Of a DNA stretch of 64,000 nt, positions 1 to 11,769 are shown in pieces (position 1 is the stretch's first letter; the number at the start of each line of letters is the position of its first letter). Below the pieces are notes generated by a model. The model did not search any database. It was not told the origin of the DNA and saw only the letters and a program-made list of their open reading frames with translations. Origin of the DNA: Sminthopsis crassicaudata (lineage: Eukaryota); the NCBI RefSeq assembly GCF_048593235.1, contig NC_133620.1, forward strand, positions 72,108,852 to 72,172,851, read 5' to 3'. A program made the translations under genes and the position numbers.

Positions 1-157
1 AGAAGTGTAAGTAATAATTTTCTATATGGCCTTTTCTTGGGCTACCATGTAAGTGGATGGAGTGACTTAAGGGTCGTACAAGGTCTTATAATTCAATGAA
101 AACTCAATGACTATTAGTAATTGTTGATAAATTGCTTTGTTCTACATTCATACATAG

Positions 158-379
158 GTGCTGGATATTTGGATGATGTCACTTTGGCAAGTGCTCAGCG
201 TGGACCTGGGGTCCCTGCAGTTTGGGTAGAGTCCTGTACCTGCCCTGTGGGATATGGAGGGCAGTTTTGTCAACTGTGTGTCTCAGGATACAAAAGGGAA
301 ACACCTAGTCTTGGACCTTACAGTCCTTGTGTGCTTTGTACTTGCAATGGACATAGTGAGACCTGTGATCCTGAGACAG
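158..379 (+). CDS. LAMC1: Laminin gamma-1 exon 12 (222 nt; end of L4 domain and LE repeat)
   Basis: catag|GTGCT acceptor, ACAG|gtaagg donor; AGYLDDVTLASAQRGPGVPAVWVESCTCPVGYGGQFC...CNGHSETCDPET. Confidence 0.97.
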
Positions 380-517
380 GTAAGGATGTCATCTGGTGCA
401 GCTACAAGTTTTGAATTTTCTGTTTTTTTGTTTTGTTTTTTTAAGGGACGAGCAAGGGTAAGAGGTTTTATTTATTATGTGCATTTATTTATTCCTTTCA
501 TTTCCTGCCTTCAATAG

Positions 518-706
518 GTGTTTGTAACTGCAGAGATAACACAGCTGGTCCACACTGTGAAAAGTGTGTTGATGGCTACTATGGAGATTCAACAGCTGGT
601 ACTTCCTCTGATTGTCAACCTTGTCCATGCCCAGGAGGCTCAAGTTGTGCCGTTGTGCCCAAGACAAAGGAGGTGGTATGCACCAATTGTCCCACTGGCA
701 CCACTG
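518..706 (+). CDS. LAMC1: Laminin gamma-1 exon 13 (189 nt; LE repeats)
   Basis: aatag|GTGTT, ACTG|gtaatt; VCNCRDNTAGPHCEKCVDGYYGDSTAGTSSDCQPCPCPGGSSCAVVPKTKEVVCTNCPTGTT. Confidence 0.97.
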
Positions 707-974
707 GTAATTCTACATTTTCAACTGTCTTTACTGAGATTGTTTCTTCACAGTGATGCTATGAGTTTATCTGGAAGTTTTTTGTTTTAAATATTTAGTT
801 GTCCTAATCTGTAAGAGTATTGTAGCAATTTTTATATCTATTAGGTAATACCAAACCAGATGAATATTCATTGTATTAGCTTTGTGTTCAATATATTAAG
901 ATGAGAAAGGCCATCTTCAATTATATTAAAGGTGATATCTCATATATTTTTGTAAAATTTGGACTTTAACTAAA

Positions 975-1120
975 TTTTTTTATAAAGCTTTTTATTTTCA
1001 AAACATATACCTAGATAGTTTTCAACATTCACCCTTGCAAAATCTTGGGTTCCAATTTTTCCCCCCTCCCTTTCCCCTACCTCCTTCCCTAGATGGCAAG
1101 TAATCCATTATATGTTTAAC
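975..1120 (-). mobile_element. L1 3' tip (marsupial)
   Basis: Same reversed L1 3' end (ttttattttcaaaacatat...cccctagatggcaagtaatcc) as at 11.8, 57.8 and 63.7 kb. Confidence 0.75.
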
Positions 1121-1937
1121 TAGAATCTTTAGACATATCTATTGCTTCTAATTGCTAGAATGAATGCTGGGACTTCAGTAATTACTTGCTTCATTTCTTC
1201 AGGCGATTTAAATCTGTATTAGTAGAGAAATTCTCTAGCAATATTCTTAGACTCTAGACTTTTGGCTCCCTCCAGACTGTTTTTGTGTTGACAAAATCTT
1301 GTTTAGTATAGCTGGAAAATCAGAGAAAAGAACAGGAATACAAATACAGAATTATTTGATTGTCTATCAATTGAGTCTTACTATCAGGAAAATCATTGAT
1401 GATCTCATTTATAGAAAATGTTTTTTTAAAAATGAACTTTATATAAAATTTAAAATTTCTGTTTTCCATCTTGTTCTGAACACTAAAAAGAAAAAAATAT
1501 ACAGGCTTAAAAATAGAATTAAGTCTTCTGGTTGACAAGTATCTCACTTATTGTTCTAAATTCTTCCTGATTTGATTTTAATAGTTTTGTTTAGAAGCCA
1601 TAATCTGATATTTTAGATTAAAATGCATAATTATTCAGAAGAGGATAAGAGCCTGAGAATGGGATAGTCTAAGGAAAATCTAGAAAACAAACATTTTAAC
1701 TTCTCCCCCATGAACATAAGGGTATTCCCTGTTTTAACCTGCTTGGCTTTGGAGACTAAAGGCTGTAAAGAGAACTATTAACCCAGCATGAACCTGGTAG
1801 TGGAAAGACCATTAGCCTGGAAGCCAGGACCTATGACTTGTTGACATTTCTTTCACTCTATGACTCATTTTGGGTGAATTATATCATATTTCTCCATATT
1901 GATGTCCTCTTTTGGAAAATAAGGGGAGGCAGTAGAT

Positions 1938-3090
1938 CAGAGGTTGACAAACTTTCTATTAAAGTCTAGATAGTAAGTAAAATAGACTTTATGGGCCAAT
2001 AAGCAAATTAGAGAATATTTAGTATATAGCTATATAACAAGGAGGAAAACAAATTTCCACAAATTTTTTTATTGTCAAAATTCAAAATATAATAGTATTT
2101 GAGTACTTTTAAAATTTGCAATAGAGATCTGCTAATGAGAGAAATGGAACTCTTTGTTTTGGATGGGGGAATAATATTGTTTAATTAGAATTTAAAGTTA
2201 GTGTTCCCTATTATCAGAATTAGTTGCAAATGTTCATCTGTTAATACCAATCTGTAATGAAATTTTATGTATTTGATCTTTGAAAATGTTTTTTTTACCA
2301 CAGTTAGGTATTGCCAAAAACTGATCTACAAAACATACTTGATTTTAATTGAGCCAAAAAGTTAATAGGCTTTTATGTTTATTTTCTCTGGATAAATTTC
2401 TTTGGCTATTACAATCAAACATGATTAATTAACTCATTATCAGTAAACAATTTTCTTGCTTGGTCAATATAAAAGGTCTAGTTGTAGGCTCATTTTCACA
2501 TTTTTAAATTTCTACTGTGGTGAGATATTATAATATTTACATTTTCTAATTTTCCTGATTTGCTCTCCTGTGAGTAGTTAGGAATATATCAGCATGAGTG
2601 CTTAGTCTCATAATGTATATTGTATTCTTTTAGCATAGATAAAGTGTCATTGCATAATAAACACAATAATTTGCCACTTCTTTGAAAACAAAATGATCTA
2701 TTATCTACTGTACTTTAAACATTCAACATTCTACCTTTTACTTCTTGTTTTGATATGATGGATATCGACTGATAATTATAAAACAAAATGTCATCATAAA
2801 GCAATATAAATAGTACTGAAATGTTGAGTTATAATTGAGGTACTGCAGCTTGAAGTGTACTGAGGAGTAGCATGAAGTCATTGTTACACATGTTGTAGTG
2901 CAAATAAATGAGTATGGCTTTGTGCCAATAAAACTGTATTTACAAATACTGAAATTTGACTCATATAATTTTAATGTGATGAAATATAATTCTTTTGATT
3001 TTTTCCCCCCTTAAAAATGTAAAAACTATCCTTACTTTATATCGTCATACAAAATACAGCAAGCCATATGTGGTCATTTGCTCATTCTTG
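1938..3090. mobile_element. Internally deleted hAT-Charlie DNA transposon (Cheshire/MER58-like)
   Basis: Left end CAGAGGTTGACAAACTTT...GATAGTAA...GGGCCA; right end ccaataaaactgtatttac...aaaatgtaaaaac...catacaaaa...tttgctcattcttg; both resemble recalled MER58B/Cheshire ends. TSD is degenerate. Confidence 0.6.
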
Positions 3091-4630
3091 GTCTAGTGTT
3101 CTTGAAAGTCTTTTTTTTTTTTTTTTAAACATAAATCCCATTAGTAAAAGAAAATTTTAAATTGGACATGTTTTAAAACCCAAAATTTTAAAAGGATGAA
3201 AAAAGAATAATTTAAAGAAATTTTTATTTGATAAATTTTAAAGATTATTTCCTTAATATTAATATCAATGCTTTTAGTGTGCTGCATTAATTTTAAAACT
3301 CTTTAGCATTTCATGATAGATACAGCTATTCAGAAGTCTAGTTTTATATTCACTTAATTTTGATACTTGGTTTTAGTGGCTGTCTTAACTAAAGAAGATA
3401 ATTTAAAGATGTATAAAAACAAAAATAAGAAGTGTGTCATATTAATTGTTCTTACTCTGTTGCGATACTCATTTTTCTGCCCCATCCACTAGTCAGGCAG
3501 AAGTTTCTGTTTAATTTGCATCAAATTACATCATCTCTGTGGATGTTGTGAATTAAAGAGAAGGGTTTTTTTTTTTGTTTTGTTTTGTTTTTTTTTAATA
3601 AGTGGGTTCTTTAAAAACCAGTGAGACACTTTGAAAGATAATAGTGCACACTAGGAGATTCTGATTTCAAATTTAAGTGCAAAAGTAATGAGAATTTTGT
3701 AGGTGACGCCAATCTTTTTGAGAACAAAAGTTTAGTTTTAAAATTTTGCTAATTGTGATGTTTTCATACTATTATTAAATAATATCTGAAGGCATATTTT
3801 ATACTTGGGTTGAAATTCATTATTCCTAGCTTATAAATCCTATTTCAAATTTGGGGACTGCCTTCTCATCAAATCTAATTAAGTTGTTGATGGTTTTACC
3901 TTGTAATGTGGCTTGTGAACAGAGCTTGTATTATCATTTCTGCTACTTTCTTGTTAACTTGTGTGTATATCTTTAATATTGTCATAATTACAATAATCCA
4001 TGGTTTCTTCAGAGGAATCTTTTTAACCTCCTTGCCCATTTTGTGAAAGTTAACAAAAACTAGATAATATGGTTTATAAGGATACTTAGCTGGGCATACC
4101 TAACCTATAATATATTGCAGTATGCTCAAAGAAAATGAACAAATAAGAATGCCATTTGACATTCTCACATATCTCACAGGGTATGTGACTGACAAATGAA
4201 ATGTAGGTACTGGTTCTATTCTACATACAAATACTTAATAAAACTTAGGTGCTTTCTTTATTTTCAGTTAAAAGTTTAAATGGAATTTCTGTTATTTTAC
4301 CACATCACAGTAGAATATCTTGTGTCTGCCACTTTGGAAACCACTATTCTAGACCTTCAGGGCTTTTTTTAAAATGTCATTGTTCTGTAATTATAGCTTA
4401 GGGTACTCCTGTGAAGAACTTGAACTTCTCTCTGGCTATTTGGTATGAATCCTTTCATTATCACTAGTATAATTGACAATTCAATGAGCTTAGTATGTCT
4501 TAGGTGGCTTTTATCCAATAACTAGTTCATAATATTTAATAGCCATTTGGCAAGGGAAACTTGAGAATTATATAATGACTTTGTTTTTGTCCTTATTTTA
4601 ATCCCTAACATTGATTTTTTTGCTTTGCAG

Positions 4631-4876
4631 GTAAAAGATGTGAACTTTGTGATGATGGCTATTTTGGAGATCCACTTGGCGAAAATGGCCCTACAAGACT
4701 TTGCCGACTTTGTCAATGTAGTGACAACATTGATCCCAATGCGGTTGGGAATTGTAACAGATTAACTGGAGAGTGCTTAAAATGCATCTATAACACTGCT
4801 GGCTTTTATTGTGACCGCTGCAGAGATGGTTTTTTTGGGAATCCTCTGGCTCCCAATCCAGCAGATAAGTGCAAAG
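4631..4876 (+). CDS. LAMC1: Laminin gamma-1 exon 14 (246 nt; includes the nidogen-binding LE module)
   Basis: tgcag|GTAAA, AAAG|gtaata; [16 protein letters not shown]...[25 protein letters not shown]...; NIDPNAV codons at 4726-4746. Confidence 0.98.
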
Positions 4877-4934
4877 GTAATAGTTTTTGACTTAGAACCT
4901 GTGACATTATATATCAAGGGATTCAGTTTCTGGA

Positions 4935-5150
4935 GCCAGTGACACAGTGCTTGGCCCAGAGTCAGAGGACCTGAGTTCAAATGCAGCTTCAGGTATTTAC
5001 TAGCTATGTGATTTTGGACAATTCACTTAGCTGCTATATGCCTTGGTAACAGTGCTTACCTGCCAGGGTTGTTGAGAACATCAAATGAGACAAAAATTGT
5101 AAGCAATTAACATAACATTTGACACATAGGAAGAGCTGTATAAATGTTTA
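4935..5150 (+). mobile_element. MIR/CORE-SINE
   Basis: tRNA-like B box (gacctgagttcaaat), CORE segment and MIR-like 3' part. Confidence 0.7.
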
Positions 5151-5736
5151 CTCTCTTTTCCCTTGCCATCTTGAGTATTATATTGCATTGTCTACAAATG
5201 GTGTTGGACAGCTCTGTGATGAATTTATCAAAGGAAGGGAAGAAAGGAAATTTATACAAATACAAAATATATTTTGTATTATAAGTAATTTATAATTTAA
5301 TTAATACAATTCATACAAATTCAGAAGCAATACATTCCTCCTTACCTTCAAGGACCTTACAGTTTTCAGAGGAGGAGGCAGTAAATAAAGGGTAGTGAGT
5401 GGTAGCTAAATTGAGGGAGTAAGTAGTATTTTCATTTGGGAAGCCAGAGGGATGAGGAGTAGCACTTTAAGGGACTTGATAGATATGCCTTCTGGTATCT
5501 ATACACTAATAGATACCAGTGGCAAATATGGATTTGAAAACAGTTTCAGCTGGAAATTGTGGTAGATTTAGAATTTGTAGCCCGCAAATATATGCATAAC
5601 AGTAAATCATGTGGCAAGAAAATAGGGAGAAGAATAGTCTTTTGAAGATGATGTAACATTCACATAAAAGAAATTATATGCAGGCCCTCTTATCAGCATT
5701 TTCCCCAATTAATCTGCAATTTTTTCTCTCTCTCAG

Positions 5737-5890
5737 CTTGTAATTGTAATCCTTATGGTACTGTGAATCAACAGACTACTTGTAATCAAGTAACTGGACA
5801 GTGTGAATGCCTCCCTCACGTCACTGAGAGGGATTGCAGCATCTGTGATCCTGGATTCTATAATCTACAGAGTGGACGAGGATGTGAGAG
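5737..5890 (+). CDS. LAMC1: Laminin gamma-1 exon 15 (154 nt; LE repeat)
   Basis: ctcag|CTTGT, AGAG|gtaatg; CNCNPYGTVNQQTTCNQVTGQCECLPHVTERDCSICDPGFYNLQSGRGCE. Confidence 0.97.
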
Positions 5891-5918
5891 GTAATGCTGA
5901 GCCCTTTGCACAGCCAGT

Positions 5919-6145
5919 GGGGTGCAGTGATTCAGGCACTGGGCTTGGATTTAGGAGGACCTGAGTTTGAATGCTGCTCTGGGGCACTTATTGACTGTAG
6001 AATTTTGAGCAAATCACTTCTCTCTCAGCCTCATTTCCTGATTTATAAAAAAAGTGATAAAGAAGAGCACTTTACCTCACAGGATTGTTGTGAGGATCAT
6101 ATGAAATGATAAAAATAAATAGCACTTTATCAGTGCTAATTGTTA
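5919..6145 (+). mobile_element. MIR/CORE-SINE
   Basis: ggaggacctgagtttgaat...aaatcacttctctctcagcctcatttcc...acctcacaggattgttgtgaggat. Confidence 0.75.
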
Positions 6146-6576
6146 CCATCATCCCTTAGTTATAGCATTTTTTTCCCTATGTTTTAGAAATGATGATTTA
6201 TAAGTGAATGCACAGAAATGATATTTAATTGGAGCCATCAATGTCTCTTTAGTTTCTACTCTGTACAAGGCACATTAATTGGCAATGTTATTTTCTTTTT
6301 TTAAGGGAACTGTACTTAACATTGAGAAAGAAAAATGAAAGAATCCACATGTCACTTTGACAGAGTGAAGGTCAAAGTTTGTGTTAGGGTAAAAAAGAAA
6401 TTCTGGATGGGACTCATTAAAACTTGAGTCCTACTTTTTACATATGGAAACAACTCCTTAGTCAGTGGTATTTATCCTTTCATAATAGAAAAGGACAATT
6501 CTTGTCTTTGCTTAGAAAATTGTTCAAAGTTTGTTTCTTTTACCTGAAACAAGATTGTTTTCTGTTTTGTTTTCAG

Positions 6577-6719
6577 ATGTAACTGTCATGCTCTCGGTTC
6601 CACCAATGGCCAGTGTGACATACGCACTGGACAGTGTGAATGTCAGCCAGGTATCACTGGCCAGCGCTGTGAGCAGTGTGAGCCCAACCACTTTGGCTTT
6701 GGACCCGAGGGCTGCAAAC
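6577..6719 (+). CDS. LAMC1: Laminin gamma-1 exon 16 (143 nt; LE repeat)
   Basis: ttcag|ATGTA, AAAC|gtaaga; CNCHALGSTNGQCDIRTGQCECQPGITGQRCEQCEPNHFGFGPEGCK. Confidence 0.97.
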
Positions 6720-7552
6720 GTAAGAGACAGCACTTGAAGCATTTTGTCCTGTTCTTTCCCTCTAATCTCAGGGCTTGGATGGGTCTCCGAGACCTCTACG
6801 GTTTATTGCCTTACTGATACAATAATTTACTAAGATCATACCTAGATGCACGATTATATAGCCTATTCTTAGCAGTCTAGAGAGTTTAAAAGATTAACTT
6901 GGTAATCTGTTTTATTTGTTTTTTCTATTTGTCTTACTACATTATTTGTAGGTGGCAATTTTTACTTTTTATCCAATAAATTAAACCTTTGCTTGATCTA
7001 CCTCTCTTTAGATATTCACTGGACCTTTTTTGTTTTTTTGTTTATTTGTTTATAGCAGTTGTTTCTTAGCCCTTATTCTTTGGGAGAGCAGATCTAATTA
7101 TAAAAATCTTTCTTTTCTTGTTATAAACAGTTCCTTGCAATCACGTCTCAGTGTACATAGGTTTTCTGCTTCCTGAATTCTTATATTTCTTCTATGGAGT
7201 GTTAAATGTTATTGACTTAAACCAAAGAATACCATTAGTAAATATACCATAAAATCATGCCATAACTTAATTTTATTTTGGGCTTTCTGGCTTCTTAATG
7301 AGGAAACATTGAAAGCAGAGGAATTATAAGGATACAGGTGACTGCTCAATGTAAAAAGCATTGATTTTCATCATCTTAGAATACCAGTTAATGTACCTTA
7401 CAGGGCACATTCTACATTAAACTTTATTTTTGCTCTAAAAATTTCTGTGTTACCTGCCTGGAAGACATGTTTTGTTTAAAATCTGATTTAAAAAAAAAGG
7501 CAGTGGCTGCAATAATGGTGCAGTTTCCTGATAAGCAGTGTATAGATTAGAG

Positions 7553-7742
7553 CAGGGGTTCTCAAATTGGCTGGCGGGCCAGATGTGGCCCACTGAGGAC
7601 ATTTATACGGCCTGCCAGGTTATGGCAAATGGGCTGAGGGGCGGAGACAGAGTGTGAGTTTTTGTTTTTACTTTAGTCCGGCCCTCCCACAGTCTGAGGG
7701 ACAGTGAACTGGCCCCCTGTTTAAAAAGCTTGAGGACCATTG
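7553..7742. mobile_element. Non-autonomous hAT MITE, OC1/OposCharlie1-like (190 bp)
   Basis: TIRs CAGGGGTTCTCAAA and TTGAGGACCATTG. 8-bp TSD GATTAGAG/GTTTAGAG (7 of 8). Subterminal ...GTCTGAGGGACAGTGAACTGGCCCCCTGTTTAAAAAG matches the recalled OC1 end. Confidence 0.75.
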
Positions 7743-7810
7743 GTTTAGAGAGAATACTTCTTCCTTCCTTAGTCCTGTTTTGATTGTGATTTTCTTCTTT
7801 TTCTCTGCAG

Positions 7811-7989
7811 CATGTGACTGTCACCCTGAGGGGTCACTTTCACTCCAGTGCAAAGATGATGGTCGTTGTGACTGCAAGGAAGGTTTTGTGGGAAATCGCT
7901 GTGACCAGTGTGAAGAAAATTATTTCTATAATCGGTCTTGGCCTGGCTGTCAGGAGTGTCCTGCATGCTATAGACTAGTGAAAGATAAA
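7811..7989 (+). CDS. LAMC1: Laminin gamma-1 exon 17 (179 nt; last LE repeat and start of coiled coil)
   Basis: tgcag|CATGT, TAAA|gtaagt; CDCHPEGSLSLQCKDDGRCDCKEGFVGNRCDQCEENYFYNRSWPGCQECPACYRLVKDK. Confidence 0.97.
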
Positions 7990-8260
7990 GTAAGTCTTAG
8001 CTATGCTTTCTTAGAAGTAGGACCACTTGAAGTAGAAAAATATCTAAACTTTTTTGGCATACTGCTACCTGCTAAAGGCAAAAAGATACACTGGTAGGTT
8101 GTAGATTACATGTAATTTTGGTCTGTGTTTTTATCTGTTATATACCTAGTAAGGAAGAAGTAAGCATTAGCTGGAATCCTGTCTTTTCAGGAATATTTTT
8201 GGGAGAGGGCCTGAGTAAGCATTTTATCTGTGCCCTCATTTCTTCCTTCACTCTGTTAAG

Positions 8261-8417
8261 GTTGCTGAGCATCGAGTGAAGCTCCAGGAGTTAGAGGACA
8301 TTATAGCAAACCTTGGAACTGGAGATGAAACAGTCACAGATCAAGCTTTTGAGGACAGACTGAAGGCAGCTGAGAGAGATGTTATGGACTTACTACGTGA
8401 GGCCCAGGACATCAAAG
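8261..8417 (+). CDS. LAMC1: Laminin gamma-1 exon 18 (157 nt; coiled coil)
   Basis: ttaag|GTTGC, AAAG|gtaggt; VAEHRVKLQELEDIIANLGTGDETVTDQAFEDRLKAAERDVMDLLREAQDIK. Confidence 0.96.
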
Positions 8418-8527
8418 GTAGGTGTTACTGGTATCTTTCATTAGACTGGTCAATTGATTAATGTATTAATCAATTGGTTAATAATGGTTAATATATTATA
8501 TTATGAATTTCATAAGTTTAGTAGTCA

Positions 8528-8935
8528 AAGTTTTAAAAATATTTTATTTTCCCCCAATTATGTGTAAAATTTTTTAAACATTTAAAAAAATATATTTTGA
8601 GTTTCAAATTCCCTCCCTATTTCCCCTCTCTCCTATTGAAAAAACAAGCAATTTGATATAGATTATCCATTTCATTGTTACTGTTCACAGTGCTCTTCTG
8701 GTTACTGTACTCATTTCACTTTGCCTCAGTTCATATAAGCTTTTCCAGGATTTTCTGAGAACATCCTACTTATCATTTCTTATAGCACAATAATAATCCA
8801 TAATAATCACATACTACAACTTGTTCAACCATTCTCCAGTTGATTGACATCCCTTCAATTTTCAATCATTTGCCAACACACACACACACACGCTACTATA
8901 AATATTTTTGTACATATAGGTGCTTTCTGTTTTGA
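8528..8935 (-). mobile_element. Older L1 3' end
   Basis: Reversed L1 3' UTR and ORF2 C-terminal remnant (ttattttcccccaatta...accattctccagttgattgacatccc). Confidence 0.7.
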
Positions 8936-9174
8936 TTTTTTTATTCTCTATGCACTGAAGAAACAGATAAAATTAATGAATCAGTATTAGCTTTTCTGTT
9001 GCTTACATACTGTAAGTTGTAGACACTGGTTCTTTTTGACATTGGCTAGCAAGTCTCTATCTAGATGGATAAATCTAAAGAATTAAAAGCTCTTAAATTA
9101 AAATCAAATTAAAAGGTAAAAATGTAATACAGTATGACAAAATGGTTTCATTGATTTTTTAAAAAGAAAATCAG

Positions 9175-9362
9175 CTATTTTTATTTTTAGAGGTGTGATC
9201 TCTCTATTTTCTCAATCTGGTAGTGCATATTGGCATGTTAAACTTAATGTGGTCATTCCATTGATTTATCCCAAATGCAGCTCAGAACTCTTGAGTTCAT
9301 ATGGTCCGCCAGTGCTAACTTCCCCAATAGCAAGGATTTACAGAGATGTACCACTTTGCTTA
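9175..9362 (-). mobile_element. 7SL-derived SINE-like element lacking most of the S domain (P7SL-like)
   Basis: Aligns by eye with the reverse complement of both 7SL ends: cagctcagaactcttgagttca...tccgccagtgctaacttccccaatagcaaggatttacag versus cagcccagaactcctggactca...tcctccagcctcagcctcccgagtagctgggactacag. T-rich tail remnant at 9175-9188. Confidence 0.7.
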
Positions 9363-10454
9363 ATGGAAACAGCTATTTTAAAATTCACTTTTTTTAAAGC
9401 CTTGAGTTAAATTTTTCTTGAGCTTGGAAAGGCCCCATCTATCATTTTCAGCTAAAGCATAACCATTTGTAAATAAGCCATTATAATTCTACATATGAAC
9501 GATTGTCTATTATGTACCCATGAGCAGTTGGCATTTCTTTGGAATAAATCAGAGCAAATTTCTTGTCAGAATAGCAGTAACTAAGTAACATCTATTTCTA
9601 ACATGATTACCTGTCATTCTTTGTGCACTTGATAAACAATTTGGAATTTGTAAAATTAATGTAAATTACTATTTTGAATTTATGTAGTAATCAAATGTCT
9701 ATTAAGCATTTACTGTATGTTTCTGGTCTCTACTATAAAGAATTTTATACTGAAGTTCCATCAGGTATTTAAAGTATTAACAACTCTGTTAGATACTGCA
9801 GATATTCAGAATGGATTAAAGAGGGGAAGTGATAAGAATTTTTAGGATTGTGAGTGTGTAATTATGGGAGATTACTGGAAATAGAAGTTCTTATATTTTT
9901 AGAGAAATGGAAGATACACAAAGAAGTAATATAATTGGGGAACTGAGCAAAAGTTATTAGTTAAATGATACAGGTCTGAACATGTGTAGCCCTTGGTATC
10001 TTACAGTGCCCAATCTGATGTCAATTTAGTCATCATCTTAACACTTTTCTCAATAAAAGTTGTTCACTAAATTTCTCAGTTAGCAGGGACCTCAGAAGCA
10101 ATTTAGACCAATTTGCATCTGGCCAAGAATCCTTTTTACATAAAAAGGCATCACTTCTTCTCTGGTACCTTTTCAAACCATTCCTTTGATTTATTCAAAT
10201 TTTTAGGAAGTTTATTTAGAAATTTTTTTAAGTTAGGTAACTCTTACTGAAAATTTACTGAAGCATTTCCTTTGAGAGGAGTCACTAATTTTGACCCAGA
10301 TGGAGGGAGGGGGAAAGTTAACGTATAAGTTGGTTCTTCAAGATTAGTCTAGAGGTGTAGAATTTAGTGTTTTTGTTTCACTTTCTTTAAATTAAAGCAA
10401 AAAAAAAGAGGTAGAATTGATTCATAGCATTCAAAACTATATCTCATCTATCGA

Positions 10455-10670
10455 GTATAGTAGCACAGAGGAAGTGTTCAGGAATTGGTCAGGAGTCTAT
10501 TTTGAGGCCTGAATGCCATTAATTGTCTATATGACTTGAGGCAAATGATTTAACTTTGTTCAGCCTAAGTTTCTTCATTTAAAAAACAAGGATAGTAATA
10601 TCTATCCTACTTACTTCATAAGGTTGTAGTTAGATGGTGTTTTAAAATGCTCTGTAAAATCTAAAGAAGC
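10455..10670 (+). mobile_element. MIR
   Basis: Degenerate CORE segment (tatgacttgaggcaaatgatttaac...cctaagtttcttcatt). Confidence 0.6.
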
Positions 10671-11199
10671 ACCCCATTTAAGATGTCATCATTGTCATTA
10701 TCATTAAGAAATAATTTTCATCATTGAAGTAGTGTTCAGGCTTTTTCTTAGAGGGATTATCTTTTTCCTGAAAGGCAAAGCTTTGTAAGTTAGTAGGTGA
10801 GGAAGTGCAATAAAAAAGCAGGGAACTAAGCAAGGACATCCCTATAGAAAATAGTTTACTTTCATGCCCTGTAAATATATTACTTATAAACCTGCTGGTC
10901 CCATTGCAAGGCTCAGCTGTTCTTTTGTACTTTAGTTGAACCTAATGATTGAATTTGTTAGGGATTTAGGAGTAGAGAAAACATTTCTGGCAAGAGAATT
11001 TTATTATTGTTTTTGGCCAGTTTGTTTTTTGTATAAGTGCCCAGAAACTGTTTTATAAGATTCATTTTTAGAAACTTAAAAAAGTTAATAGGTTAGTGGC
11101 CCAGTTTGACTGTAGCTTTTCATTTTGTTATATGGCTTGTTTCTAATTTTAAGACTTTAAAACAGAACGATTTTAACAAATTCTTTCTGTTCCACTTAA

Positions 11200-11330
11200 A
11201 AAAAAAAGTGGATCAGATCAAATCAGATCAAAAAGGGAAAAAAATGATAAAGAAAATAAAAAGCAAGCAAACAGCAACAAAAAAAGTAAAAATACATAAG
11301 TGTACTCTGTTCCGCTTGTGTTTCTTGGAT
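11200..11330 (-). mobile_element. Short internal L1 3' UTR fragment
   Basis: aatcagatcaaaaagggaaaaaaatga...aagcaagcaaacagcaacaaaaaaag matches the segment at about 11970-12040. Confidence 0.6.
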
Positions 11331-11769
11331 TTAAGAAAATTTTTTACTTAAAAGCATGTTACCTTGTTAAGATATTCATTTGTGATATGACTCTAGACCT
11401 TGCCATCATAATTGCTTAACCTGATACAAACATCTCTTTTTAATAGAGTCTTGGGAGGGAAGTTTTGGTTGTCATTATTCCTTTCATAACAGATACTTCT
11501 CCATGCCTGCTTACAATATGGAGACTTGAATTCTATTTATTTTCGCTTGACTGACTAAATCATTTTGTTGGTTGGAAAGAAGCTGGAAAGTTTTAAGAGG
11601 CATAGTACTTGAAGGCAGCAGTATTCCATCTCTTTCATAGCAAGTTCCCTGGATGGTGGATGTCCTAAGATGGCTCTGACAGTTGGGTCAGAGTGGCTGA
11701 GAAAGCTTCCTAGTACTGAGATGAGTGGAACCATTCCTAACTGTTCAAGTGAAAATCACAGAATTTTTA

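Noticed and set aside
4625-4637. CAG|GTAAAA at the start of exon 14 as a recursive splice site
   Set aside because: GT simply completes a Gly codon, the donor-like hexamer is weak, and the 3.9-kb intron is far shorter than typical recursively spliced introns.
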